Shown: positions 1-9,512 of the stretch, piece by piece
How the letters are laid out: every line of letters starts with the position of its first letter
How positions within the stretch are numbered: position 1 is the first letter of the stretch
Assembly: GCA_963782915.1 (NCBI GenBank)
Contig: CAWALK010000012.1
Coordinates: 128,001-192,000, forward strand
DNA: 64,000 bases
Direction of reading: 5' to 3'
Source of the DNA: an uncultured archaeon
Lineage (GTDB): Archaea > Thermoproteota > Bathyarchaeia > Bathyarchaeales > Bathycorpusculaceae
Notes under the pieces: model-generated
What the model saw: only the letters and a program-made list of their open reading frames with translations
What the model was told of the DNA's origin: nothing
Databases searched by the model: none
Position numbers and translations under genes: made by a program

Positions 1-603
1 AGCTTCTTTTTGGCTTTCGCGAGGAAAATTGAGTCCAAGCCCCTTATGCGAAGGCTTGCCAACCCAAACAATCGTTACCATCGCCAACTTTGCCGAAACC
101 TCCGCTACAAACACTGCTAAAAACGCAAACAGCGGATTAAATGAGCCACGAACAACCCAGAATAAACCATAAAACGCTAAACCCTCAACAGCCAACGCCA
201 AAACTGCGCCGCCATAAGTTACTGTCCATTCGTGAGCCTTCATTTTGCGGTCATGTAGGTTGCGGATGCCGATTGCGTTGCCAAGGTCGATTAATCCGTC
301 GAAATGCTGCAATCCAGTCATGACCAGCAGGAAAGCCACGGTCATCGCCGCTGGAATCAAAGCGCCTAAAACCGCAGTTGGCAAAGCAATGTAAACGTTG
401 ACTAAACCCAGCAGGAAACCGACAATTGCGCTGGAAGCAACGAAGTACAGTCCTGCCAGCAACCCAATTAAGCCTCCGATTATTGGGAAAAGATACATGT
501 TAGAGGCGGTTGTGAAGATGAAGTCTTCTTTTCCTCCAACTGGGATTATGGTTAGGAAAGACAGCAAATCCTTGAAAACTTTTATAGCTTTCATCGCCGA
601 CAT
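1..603 (-). CDS. CobS-family membrane protein (second, divergent paralog); runs off the window edge
   Basis: Not in the ORF track. Manual translation from ATG 603: MSAMKAIKVFKDLLSFLTIIP...MYLFPIIGGLIGLLAG...MTGLQHFDGLIDLGNA...AEVSAKLAMV, collinear with CobS at 9513 (LLSFLTVFP, AFPLIGAFLGLLAG, MTGLHHTDGLLDFGDG, ELCAKLGMV). Probable frameshift near nt 35. Confidence 0.85.
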   Translation of the reverse strand, partial: MSAMKAIKVFKDLLSFLTIIPVGGKEDFIFTTASNMYLFPIIGGLIGLLAGLYFVASSAIVGFLLGLVNVYIALPTAVLGALIPAAMTVAFLLVMTGLQHFDGLIDLGNAIGIRNLHDRKMKAHEWTVTYGGAVLALAVEGLAFYGLFWVVRGSFNPLFAFLAVFVAEVSAKLAMVTIVWVGKPSHKGLGLNFPRESQKEA

Positions 604-660
604 ATACCTACCAACTTGCCTGTATATAATATAGGCTTTATCGTCTTTGGGGGATGCAAA

Positions 661-1587
661 ATGGAAGGGAAAAAGATACTGGTTACTGGCGGCGCAGGCT
701 TCATAGGCTATCACCTGTGCACGAAACTGTCAAAATTAACAGATAACTTGACTATTTATGATGATTTATCCAGCGGCAAAATGGAAAACGTCAAAGATGT
801 ACCATCCGCCAAATTCGTCAAAGGCGACATCTTAGACCAAAAAAACCTCATGGCTCTACCCAAACAGGACTTAATCTATCACCTAGCCGCCCAAGTCGTT
901 GTGCCATATTCGATGGAGAATCCCCTTATCGACTTTGAAACCAACGCCAAAGGCACAGTATGCGTTCTGGAGAAAGCACGTAAAGACGACGCAAAATTGG
1001 TGTTCGCCTCAAGCGCAGCAGTCTACGGCAACCCCACCCAACTACCAACCACCGAAGACTATGGTTTCCACCCATTCTCATGTTACGGATTATCCAAAGT
1101 TGTCGGCGAAGAATACTGCCAAATGTACCGTGAACAATACGGCCTAGACATAGTCGTTACACGCTTCGCCAACGTCTATGGCTTAAGATGCCATGGCGTC
1201 ATCCATGACTTCCTAGATAAACTAGCCAAAAACCCCGATAAACTAGAAATTATCGGCACAGGGCAACAATCAAGAGACTTAGTCCACGTTTCCGATGTGA
1301 CGGATTTGCTGGTTACCGTGGGTCAACTGGATAAAGCCAACGGCGAAACATACAACGTCGGCTATGGCACAACCATAAAAATAATTGATTTAGCAAAAAT
1401 GATGCTCCAAATCCTTGGCTTGCAGAAACGAACAGTTGTTACTACAACAGGTGTTTCTTGGCAAGGTGACATCAACACCATCTGGTTTAACAACCAAAAA
1501 GCCCGCAAGGAACTGGGCTGGAACCCCAAAGTTACGCTTGAAGAGAGCATTAAGGAAGTCATCGCTGACAGGAAAATAAAAATATGA
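661..1587 (+). CDS. NAD-dependent sugar-nucleotide epimerase/dehydratase (extended SDR)
   Basis: TGGAGFIG, FASSAAVYG and YGLSK (YxxxK) motifs; ATG 661 preferred as start. Confidence 0.92.
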   Translation: MEGKKILVTGGAGFIGYHLCTKLSKLTDNLTIYDDLSSGKMENVKDVPSAKFVKGDILDQKNLMALPKQDLIYHLAAQVVVPYSMENPLIDFETNAKGTVCVLEKARKDDAKLVFASSAAVYGNPTQLPTTEDYGFHPFSCYGLSKVVGEEYCQMYREQYGLDIVVTRFANVYGLRCHGVIHDFLDKLAKNPDKLEIIGTGQQSRDLVHVSDVTDLLVTVGQLDKANGETYNVGYGTTIKIIDLAKMMLQILGLQKRTVVTTTGVSWQGDINTIWFNNQKARKELGWNPKVTLEESIKEVIADRKIKI

Positions 1588-2468
1588 ATGCTTCCTCGCC
1601 CGCACGAGGATTAATTGCACTCTTAAGGCTTCCATATTGGCTCATGACAGGCGGCTTATCGCTATTAACAGCGTTCGCCATCCAAAAAGACCCATTGAGC
1701 ATGAGCATACAAACCGCTTTACTGATTTTCTTCTCTATGGCATTCATCACTTCAGCGGGGTTCGCCATAAACGATTATTTTGACCGCGAAAGCGACGCAG
1801 TAATCAAACCCAAACGCCCAATCCCAGCAGGCGCATTATCACTCAAACAAGTCATAGCCGTTTCTGGTGTGCTCTTTGCTGTTGGTTTGGTGATGTCTGC
1901 TTTCATTAACTGGCTTAGCTTCGCAATCATCGCCGCTGATTCAGTGGTGCTTCTGCTATACTCATTTTTAGTTAAACGGAAATCAGGTTTCGTTGCTAAC
2001 GTTGTCGTGGGCATACTAACAGGAACAGCTTTTCTGTATGGACAAGCCACAGTCAGTGTACCACCCACAATAAGCTTGATTTCTCTAAGTCTATACCCGA
2101 TTGCGTTTGGCACCATCGGCGGCAACGTCCTACGTGACATCCTCAGTGTAGAAGGCGACTCAAAAGTTGGGTATCCAACGTTGCCCCAAAAAATCGGCAA
2201 CTACAACGCAGCCAAAGTTGGCGCAGTCTTTTTCCTTTTAACTGGGTTGCTTGCTCCATTGCCGTTTTTCATCGGTGACTTCACCGTTTACTATTTGCCC
2301 TTGATTCTCCTCTGGAGCGTACTGCTAATTTACTCATCTATATGTTTGATAACTTCAGGCACAACGGTGCAGAACATACGTAAATATGAGCGCATCGTAA
2401 CCATGTCCATGATGCTGCTACCCTTAGCGTTGATAGTGGAAGCAATCGTTGGAGGCTTAATCCTTTGA
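1584..2468 (+). CDS. UbiA-family prenyltransferase, digeranylgeranylglyceryl phosphate synthase-like
   Basis: INDYFDRESDAVIKPKRPIPAG and RDILSVEGDSKVGYPTLP motifs; multiple TM helices; ATGA overlap with the upstream gene. Confidence 0.88.
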   Translation: MNASSPARGLIALLRLPYWLMTGGLSLLTAFAIQKDPLSMSIQTALLIFFSMAFITSAGFAINDYFDRESDAVIKPKRPIPAGALSLKQVIAVSGVLFAVGLVMSAFINWLSFAIIAADSVVLLLYSFLVKRKSGFVANVVVGILTGTAFLYGQATVSVPPTISLISLSLYPIAFGTIGGNVLRDILSVEGDSKVGYPTLPQKIGNYNAAKVGAVFFLLTGLLAPLPFFIGDFTVYYLPLILLWSVLLIYSSICLITSGTTVQNIRKYERIVTMSMMLLPLALIVEAIVGGLIL

Positions 2469-3937
2469 GTGAAACCAAAAGCATCTGTCCCGAATGCCAG
2501 AAAAAAATAGACGCCCAACTAGCCAACCAAAATGGCAAAATCCAAATTACCAAACAATGCCCCGAACACGGCGAATTCAAAGCCACACATTGGCAAAGCC
2601 AACCCATCTTTGACCACATGAAAAAGTACGATCAATTCCAGTACCTCGGCGACTTAAACGCACCAAAAAACCCAGAAGGTTGCCCATACGTCTGTGAAAC
2701 CTGCCATAATCATGCGTCAGGAACAGTCATCGGAGTAATCGACGTAACAAAGCGCTGTAACTTCCGCTGTGCAGTATGCTTCTCAACTTTCCCAAATCAA
2801 GAATCCACCGATTACGAACCCACCAAAGAAGCACTCATAGATATGCTAGAGTTCGCGGCGAAAGCTAACCCTAAACCGCCAGCAATCTTGTTCAGCGGCG
2901 GTGAACCGCTTGAACGGGAAGACATGCCTGAAATCATCGCTGCCGCACATCGCCTAAAGTTCATGACGATTTTAGCGACCAACGGCACTCACTTGATTAC
3001 TGATGAAGGTTTAGCTAAGCGGCTAAAAGATAACGGTTTAAACATTGTTTACTTGTCGTTTGATAGTTTCCATGAAGAGTTCAACAAGAAGATTCGTGGG
3101 CGTCCTTTGGTGGATATGAAGCTTAAGGCTCTTGATGTTTGCCGCAAGCACGACATGGAAGTCATCTTGGTTAATACTCTGATGAAGAGCCTTAACGATG
3201 AGGAAGTCGGTGACATGATTCGGTTCGCCGCTAAAAACACCGATATCGTCAGAGGCTTAATTTTCCAGCCCATAGCTTTCACAGGGCGGGCAACAGAGAA
3301 TCCTTTCCGCGAGAACTTCCGTGAATGGAGCTTCGCCGAAGACGTCGAACGGCAAACTAATGGCGAAATCAAAAGCACAGACCTCTACCCAATGTCGGTT
3401 ATGACTTCGCCGATTAAAATCATGCGCCAATTCATGCAGAAACCTTGGCCACTATTCAGCTGCAGCCCACAATGCGGTATCGTGAACTGGGTTTATGTTT
3501 CGCCCCATACGGGCAAAATGTATCCGATTAACCGCTTCGTAAACTTCGACCGCTTCTTCAACAGTATCCGCAAAACCGCTGAACATGCAGAATCTAAAAA
3601 CAAAATCCAACTGCTGGCTCCACTGTTCATGGGCGCAATGATTTCAATGAACATGCTGCTGGTAACCAGAGAAGTCGGCACCTTCACCTTGATGAAGAGC
3701 ATCCTGTCAATGCATATGGACCCAACATACAAGTCACTGGGCAAAATCCGCAGACGCATCTTCCTATTGGGCTGCATGGCGTTTATGGACAGCTACAACT
3801 TCGACGTTAATCGCGTTCGCAGATGCGTTGTCCACTACATCACACCAGACAAGAAGATTATTCCATTCTGCGCCTACAACAACGTGCATAGAGTGGCGAT
3901 TGAGAAGGATTATGCAACTAGGCAAAAGAAAGCCTAA
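2465..3937 (+). CDS. tes: Radical SAM protein of the tetraether lipid synthase (Tes/GDGT-MAS, MJ0619) family
   Basis: N-terminal CPEC...CPEHG, GCPYVCETCHNH, CNFRCAVC SAM motif, SGGEP, C-terminal MAFMDSYNFD..RVRRCVVHY..IPFCAYN. Confidence 0.85.
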   Translation: MSETKSICPECQKKIDAQLANQNGKIQITKQCPEHGEFKATHWQSQPIFDHMKKYDQFQYLGDLNAPKNPEGCPYVCETCHNHASGTVIGVIDVTKRCNFRCAVCFSTFPNQESTDYEPTKEALIDMLEFAAKANPKPPAILFSGGEPLEREDMPEIIAAAHRLKFMTILATNGTHLITDEGLAKRLKDNGLNIVYLSFDSFHEEFNKKIRGRPLVDMKLKALDVCRKHDMEVILVNTLMKSLNDEEVGDMIRFAAKNTDIVRGLIFQPIAFTGRATENPFRENFREWSFAEDVERQTNGEIKSTDLYPMSVMTSPIKIMRQFMQKPWPLFSCSPQCGIVNWVYVSPHTGKMYPINRFVNFDRFFNSIRKTAEHAESKNKIQLLAPLFMGAMISMNMLLVTREVGTFTLMKSILSMHMDPTYKSLGKIRRRIFLLGCMAFMDSYNFDVNRVRRCVVHYITPDKKIIPFCAYNNVHRVAIEKDYATRQKKA

Positions 3938-4010
3938 GCTCTTTTCGTTTTTCTCTTCTATTTCCAACTTTTTACCTTTTCAGGAGTAGATAGTTTGGTT
4001 CTTAAGTGTA

Positions 4011-4108
4011 CTACCTACCTCAAGTGTATACCCCCTCCCCTCTTCTTCAAAGAGTATAGCAGAAGAGGTTTGTTGCTCTCCAGAGACTCCCCTCCCCCTA
4101 TTTGAAGG
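4011..4108 (+). repeat. Dispersed repeat, module C (two tandem units)
   Basis: CTACCTACCTCA (also at 37769), CCCCCTCCCCTCTTC, then TTGCTCTCCAGAGACTCCCCTCCCCCTATTTGAAGG. Confidence 0.7.
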
Positions 4109-4114
4109 GTAAAA

Positions 4115-4615
4115 TTAGTTTATGACTTTAATGTTAAGCACGCAGTAATCCTGCGTAAACACGTAAGCAGAGCCGTCGCGTTGCCAGAGTTCAAAGACGA
4201 CAGTGTAGGTTCCGACAGTGTTCTCTGTTATGGTAACTGACTTCTCGTATGTATCGCCGTTTTTCAGGTTGAAGTCATAGGTGTTGACTGGAGCAACTGC
4301 AACTCCTTCATTTGGGGTTACGATAAAGCTTGTTGTAATCTTGGTTCTTACTTGATAGCCTTGGGTTCCGTTCATATGGCTTGTTACATCAACGTAGACA
4401 CTAAAGGTGCTGTTCTGGTTGGCAACCAAGACTTCTGGAAAATTGTTAGCTTGCTTTTGATTATCAAGCAAATAAATAGTATTATATTCTTCCGCTGGAG
4501 GTCTCAACCAAACATAGTAACCTGCAAAAACGCATCCCACAACGACTAAGGCAATAAAAACGGCAACTGCAACGCCTTTCTCATCGTCTAAGCCGATTCT
4601 TCTTCCAATGCCCAT
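4115..4615 (-). CDS. Membrane-anchored protein, DUF1616-like
   Basis: One N-terminal TM helix, EEYNTIYLLD...ANNFP, C-terminal VFELW; start taken at ATG 4615, overlapping the GT2 gene end. Confidence 0.6.
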   Translation of the reverse strand: MGIGRRIGLDDEKGVAVAVFIALVVVGCVFAGYYVWLRPPAEEYNTIYLLDNQKQANNFPEVLVANQNSTFSVYVDVTSHMNGTQGYQVRTKITTSFIVTPNEGVAVAPVNTYDFNLKNGDTYEKSVTITENTVGTYTVVFELWQRDGSAYVFTQDYCVLNIKVIN

Positions 4616-5318
4616 AACAGACCCTAAACGTTTTCGCATCCAAGAATCCCCTAAATAATGTGCTAAATATCTGAATCCCCGATTTAAATGGTTTAAGCTT
4701 CGTTTCCCCATAAGTACGAGGCTTATACGTGGTTGGAATCTCAACCATATTGTAGCCTTCCCTGGCAAATTTGATAAGCATCTCAGTGGCAAACGCCATG
4801 TCAGTTTCCTTAAACTTTACACTGTCGTATTTGTCGCGAGAGATTGCGCGGAAACCCGATTGGGTGTCGCTTAAAAATTGGCTGTAGAAGAAGTCGTAAG
4901 TGTAAGTTATGACTTTGTTGCCTAGGAAGTTTAGGAAGCCCATGGCTTTGTTTGGGTCATACATGCGGGTGGCTAAAACCATGTCTGCATCTTTTTCGAG
5001 CAGGCGGTTCACGAGGCGGTCGATGTGTTTGAATTCATAGGTGCCGTCTGCGTCAACCATGATTAAGACATTGCCCTTCGCAGCTTTCATACCAGTTCTT
5101 AAGGCGACTCCATAGCCGCGCCTTGGTTCAATGATGAGCCTGCAGCGGTTTGTGTCTTTAACGATTTCGATGGTGCCATCAGTCGAGTTACTATCAACAA
5201 TAATAATTTCCTTTGGATAACTCGTGTACCTATCGATTGTGTTGATAGCTTCTAGTATGGTGCCAGCTTCGTTAAGCGTTGGAATGACAACTGAGACCAA
5301 TTCGACTTTTGACGTCAT
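4581..5318 (-). CDS. GT2 glycosyltransferase (dolichol-phosphate glycosyltransferase-like)
   Basis: VSVVIPTLNE, VDSNSTDGT, RGYG, DADGTY, DTQSGFRA. Confidence 0.9.
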   Translation of the reverse strand: MTSKVELVSVVIPTLNEAGTILEAINTIDRYTSYPKEIIIVDSNSTDGTIEIVKDTNRCRLIIEPRRGYGVALRTGMKAAKGNVLIMVDADGTYEFKHIDRLVNRLLEKDADMVLATRMYDPNKAMGFLNFLGNKVITYTYDFFYSQFLSDTQSGFRAISRDKYDSVKFKETDMAFATEMLIKFAREGYNMVEIPTTYKPRTYGETKLKPFKSGIQIFSTLFRGFLDAKTFRVCYGHWKKNRLRR

Positions 5319-5363
5319 CAGCTAACTTCCACTTCAAAGGGTTATATTGTTTCCGTCACGATG

Positions 5364-6530
5364 TTAAATAAGCTCTTCGTATATCTCCGCAAGCCTTTCA
5401 ACGTTTACATCCCAGCTAAACTGTGTTTCGACCATTGCTCTGAGTTCAGCTTTGCGTGGGCCAAAATCTATGTCTGCAAAATCAAAGATTGCCTGCGCGA
5501 GCAGTTCGGGTTGATTGGGCGGCACCAGTTTGCCGTATTGGTCGAGTAGGATTTCTTTTATGCCTCCAACATCGGTGGCTACTACTGGTAATCCGCATGC
5601 CATGGCTTCCATAGCAACCAACGGCAAACCCTCACCAGATTTAGAGGGCAACACAAACAAGTCCGCTGCATTATAGTATGATGGCAAATCTGCGTCACTA
5701 ACAAAGCCTGCGAGCTTAAAATTAGCGGCGATTCCCAACTGGGCAACCTGCAACCTCACATTTTCCATGTCTGGACCCTTGCCGACTACTAAGAACATGA
5801 TTTTGCGGTTCTTTTTGATGGCGATGTTTGCACAATCAAGCAATGTGTCGACGCCGTTCTTGTACACCAGCCGCCTAACAGTAAAAACAACGATGGCGTC
5901 GTGTGGGATGCCAAGTTTTTTGCGCATCTCTTCACGTTTTCCCGGAATCGTTTTAAAGCGTGCAATGTCAACGCCGTTGTAGACGACTTTTATTTTGCTC
6001 GGTTTAGCGCCTAATCTTAGGACGTAGTCTTTGGTGGCGCTGCTTATTGCTATGATCTTGTCTGCGGTTCTTAAGTTCTGTTTTCCCACAGACAAGTCGT
6101 TTACCAATTCAACTTGGTCGAAAATGTTGTTGTAATCGATGAAAGTGTTGTGTTGGGTGAGGACAAACGGTTTTTCATAGAATTTTGCCAGTTTTCCGGC
6201 TGCAAGAGAGGTTAGGTATGGGTGTCCGTGGGCGTGGATGATCTGGTTATTTTTGATTGATTTGGTAAAGGTTGGGAAACTGCCCACGGTCGGAATCGAG
6301 TATGGAATGCCTAATCGGAAGCCTGTGTTGAGGGATTCATAGCATTCAACAGGTACTCCATCAACCTTGTAGTGGCTGGGTGTGCCGATTCTGTTAGTTA
6401 CAACCATGGGCTGGTAGTTTTTGTGTTGCAGTCGCTTGCTCTGCTCGTTAACGACCTTTTCTATTCCGCCGACATGTGGCAGAAAAGTGTGGGTGACAAT
6501 GCAGAGGCGAGTTTTAGCCATGGAAGCCAA
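5364..6530 (-). CDS. GT4 glycosyltransferase
   Basis: HVGGIE, YNGVD, EGLPLVAMEAMACG (ExxxxxxxE). Confidence 0.92.
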   Translation of the reverse strand: MASMAKTRLCIVTHTFLPHVGGIEKVVNEQSKRLQHKNYQPMVVTNRIGTPSHYKVDGVPVECYESLNTGFRLGIPYSIPTVGSFPTFTKSIKNNQIIHAHGHPYLTSLAAGKLAKFYEKPFVLTQHNTFIDYNNIFDQVELVNDLSVGKQNLRTADKIIAISSATKDYVLRLGAKPSKIKVVYNGVDIARFKTIPGKREEMRKKLGIPHDAIVVFTVRRLVYKNGVDTLLDCANIAIKKNRKIMFLVVGKGPDMENVRLQVAQLGIAANFKLAGFVSDADLPSYYNAADLFVLPSKSGEGLPLVAMEAMACGLPVVATDVGGIKEILLDQYGKLVPPNQPELLAQAIFDFADIDFGPRKAELRAMVETQFSWDVNVERLAEIYEELI

Positions 6531-6581
6531 CGACTTAACCGTCAGCCCACAGTGTATTAAAATTTACGGAAAAGAAAGAGT

Positions 6582-7064
6582 TTAGCAGGTTGTGCCTGTG
6601 GCTTTGAGGGCTTTGGTGTACATGTTGGATGAGGCACCTGCAACTAACGCGCCGATGGCGTCGTTGGTTAATGGTGGTAGCTCTTTTAGGATGCCGGGTT
6701 TGGCTTGGTCGAAGCGTACGAATTCGAACATGCCTTTGGAGCCGCCGATGTAAGTGGCGATGGCTATGCCGATGAGTTCATCCGCAACTAAGCCGGGTCT
6801 GCCCATAAAGCGTTCTATTGTTAAGCCTGGGATTCGGCCGTTTTGTGCTTCTTCTTGGGCGTGGAAGGCTGCGACGATGAGGGTTGAGACGTTTACGTCT
6901 GTTAGGATGTCGAGGAATTCTTCTTTGAGAAGTTCAGTGGCTTTTTGGGGGGTTTCGATGCCAGGGTGCGGTACGTACATTTCAAGGGCGCTGTCAATAA
7001 GACTTTGGAGTGAGATGCCTCTGGCTTCGAGGTAGGTTAATAGTGGCGGTATCTGGTCTTTCAT
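6582..7064 (-). CDS. cobZ: Archaeal alpha-ribazole phosphatase CobZ (PgpA-like)
   Basis: DVNVSTL, ADELIGIAIATYIGG..GMFEFVRFDQAKPGIL; next to cobT/cobS/cobY. Confidence 0.75.
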   Translation of the reverse strand: MKDQIPPLLTYLEARGISLQSLIDSALEMYVPHPGIETPQKATELLKEEFLDILTDVNVSTLIVAAFHAQEEAQNGRIPGLTIERFMGRPGLVADELIGIAIATYIGGSKGMFEFVRFDQAKPGILKELPPLTNDAIGALVAGASSNMYTKALKATGTTC

Positions 7065-7216
7065 GGGGTTCAGCCTTAGCGTTATTTGGAGTTGTTTGTT
7101 TTAAGTGTTGTGAAGAGGTTCACCGTAATACTTAGCATTCAACATAGCCAACGCTGCCTTTTTGAAGCTATATTTTAAACTACAATTTTAAGCTAAACCG
7201 ATTGGTGAACAGGGTG

Positions 7217-7381
7217 CTAACTTGAAGCAGCTAGCTCTTCTCTCGTTGGATATTTAACGCGAGCCACCTTGAAAATGAGTGTACAATTCTCGCATCGATA
7301 GTATTTTAGCGAGAAGTATGGGTTTTCATTTTGCTGATCTAGCTTGGCATTCTCTTTTCGACATCTAGGACATTTGACCAT
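7217..7381 (-). CDS. Small zinc-ribbon protein
   Basis: MVKCPRC...YRCENC; the start could instead be at 7486. Confidence 0.5.
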   Translation of the reverse strand: MVKCPRCRKENAKLDQQNENPYFSLKYYRCENCTLIFKVARVKYPTREELAASS

Positions 7382-7733
7382 TTTGCTAAGCCTTTTCGAG
7401 AACTTTGACGTAATTGCTACGATAAAAGGATTTTGTGCATTATTGGAGGAATTTCCCTGTTGAGCCATTATTATTTTGCGGTTCATTTTTTGGACCCTAA
7501 GGAACTCGCCGTTTAGTTGCGTTAGCTGTGTGCTATTCCTAGGAATCGAAATGCTTATATGAAAACGTTGGATAAACCAACCAGCAGTCCGTGTGGTAAT
7601 TTGCTAAACATAAAGAAAAACTCGATTGTATCAGCCAAAGATTTAGCTTTAGTTGAGTGTTCTGGCTGTTTGGCAAGTAAAACCTTATTTTCCTGTTTAA
7701 CTGTTTCTAACCAACCAGGAGGAAAAAAACTAG

Positions 7734-8404
7734 ATGAAAGTTGTAGCTTCATGGAGCGGCGGCAAAGACAGCTGCTACGCATACTACCTTGCCAAAGCGC
7801 AAGGCCACCAAATCCTATCATTATTAACTATGATGATGAGCGAGGACAAATCAAACTTCCACATGATACCCTCAGGCATCCTCGACGCACAGGCAGAAGC
7901 CATGGGCGTGTCCACTTAATTAAAAAGACCACTTCAGCAGCCACCTATGAGGCTGACTTCAAAGCGGTACTATCCGAATGCAAAGCCAAAGGCGCAGAAG
8001 GATTAGTCACAGGCGACATCTACGAAGTCGCAGGCCACGAAGAAGGTTGGCTTGAGCGTGTATGCAAAGAAATCGGTTTAGTAACCGTCAAACCGCTTTG
8101 GATGGGAGACACCAAACAAATCTATCTTGATTACCTCAAAACCGGTTTCAAAGCAACCGTCGTACGCACCAACAAAACCCTCAGCTTAGACTGGCTCGGA
8201 CGCGTATTAGACCGCAAATTCTACGACGACATCTTGGCACTCGGCGACGTTGACCCATGTGGCGAAGGCGGCGAATACCACACCGTAATCACCGACGGAC
8301 CCAACTTCAAACAAAAAATCGAGTTCCTAGAAACCGAAAAGAAAAGATTAGAGAATGGCTTTGGATACTTAGATATCAAGAAATGGAAAGTAACTCCAAA
8401 ATAA
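7734..8404 (+). CDS. PP-loop ATPase, diphthine-ammonia ligase (Dph6/DUF71) family; frameshift near 7915
   Basis: WSGGKDS in ORF 7734..7919 continues as VTGDI...PLW...DPCGEGGEYHT in another frame. Confidence 0.85.
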
Positions 8405-8415
8405 GGTAGAATCCC

Positions 8416-9505
8416 ATGGATGTCTTAATCGCCAACAACGAACTCAAAGCAAAAGCCTTCCTTGATGAGATTGAAGGCAAAAAACCCCTATTCATCGCAA
8501 CAATCGCCACAACAGAAACCGGCAAAATCCCCGGTTTATCTGCAGCTGGCGCAAACCCAGACTTCACTGACTTCACTCCTCCGGCAGATGCCGAGTTGTT
8601 GCTGCTTGGAAAATGCAGATCCATCCAAGGCGTCCCCATTACTCCCGACGGAATTCCGACACCGGCCCTGATTACGACTTCTGCGTTGCATTTAGCCGAC
8701 ATTCCAGTGCTGATTGTTAACGGTGGAGTTAAGGTTAAACCTCAAATTCCCTACATTGACGTTAACGGCAGCCCAGGACGCGACATCAGAACAGGCGATT
8801 CAGTGGATAATGTCGAAGAAGTCATTGAACGTGCTAAAGTTGTCGGTGAACAGTTGGCTAAAGTGTCGGATTACCTGGTTATCGGCGAAAGCATCCCCGG
8901 CGGAACGACGACAGCGTTGGGTGTTTTGACGGCGTTGGGTGTCGATGCAATGGGCAAAGTCAGCAGCACCTTACCATTAAATCCGCATAATTTGAAGGCA
9001 GAAGTAGTTACGGCAGGTTTGAAAGCCGCTGGCGAGAAATTCGGTAGCTTCAAAGGTGACCCAATCAAGGCAGTTTCCGCAGTCGGTGACCCTATGATGG
9101 CTGCGGTTGCCGGTTTAGTTATCGGCGGAAGCAGGCAGGGGCCTGTTTTGATGGCTGGCGGAACCCAAATGACCGCAGTCCTCGCAGTAATCAATGCATT
9201 AGAGCCTAAAGCGCTCTGTAACGTTGCAGTCGGCACCACACGATGGGTAGCAAAAGACAAGACCTCCGACATCTGCGGCATCACCAAGCAATTCTGCGAA
9301 GTCCCCGTCTTAGCTGCTGACCTTAGATTTTGGTCCTTCCCAATATCCGGGCTTACAAATCTACGAAACAGGGCTCGTAAAAGAAGGCGTCGGCGCAGGC
9401 GGAGCCTCAATCGCAGCCATGGCAAAGACCGGCGGAGCAGTTACCAAGCAAATTCTTCTTAAGGAGATAGAGCGTAACTATGCCTCACTGATGAACCTAA
9501 AGTGA
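8416..9505 (+). CDS. cobT: Archaeal nicotinate-nucleotide--dimethylbenzimidazole phosphoribosyltransferase; frameshift near 9325
   Basis: IPGLSAAG, TPPADAE, GESIPGGTTTA, AGGTQM; the shifted frame gives YETGLVKEGVGAGG and a stop at 9505. Confidence 0.88.
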
Positions 9506-9512
9506 GACACGC

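Noticed and set aside
7490-7733. Cobalamin riboswitch upstream of the cob operon
   Set aside because: No recognisable B12-box or conserved GGGAA core; only a short ATTCCTAGGAAT palindrome.
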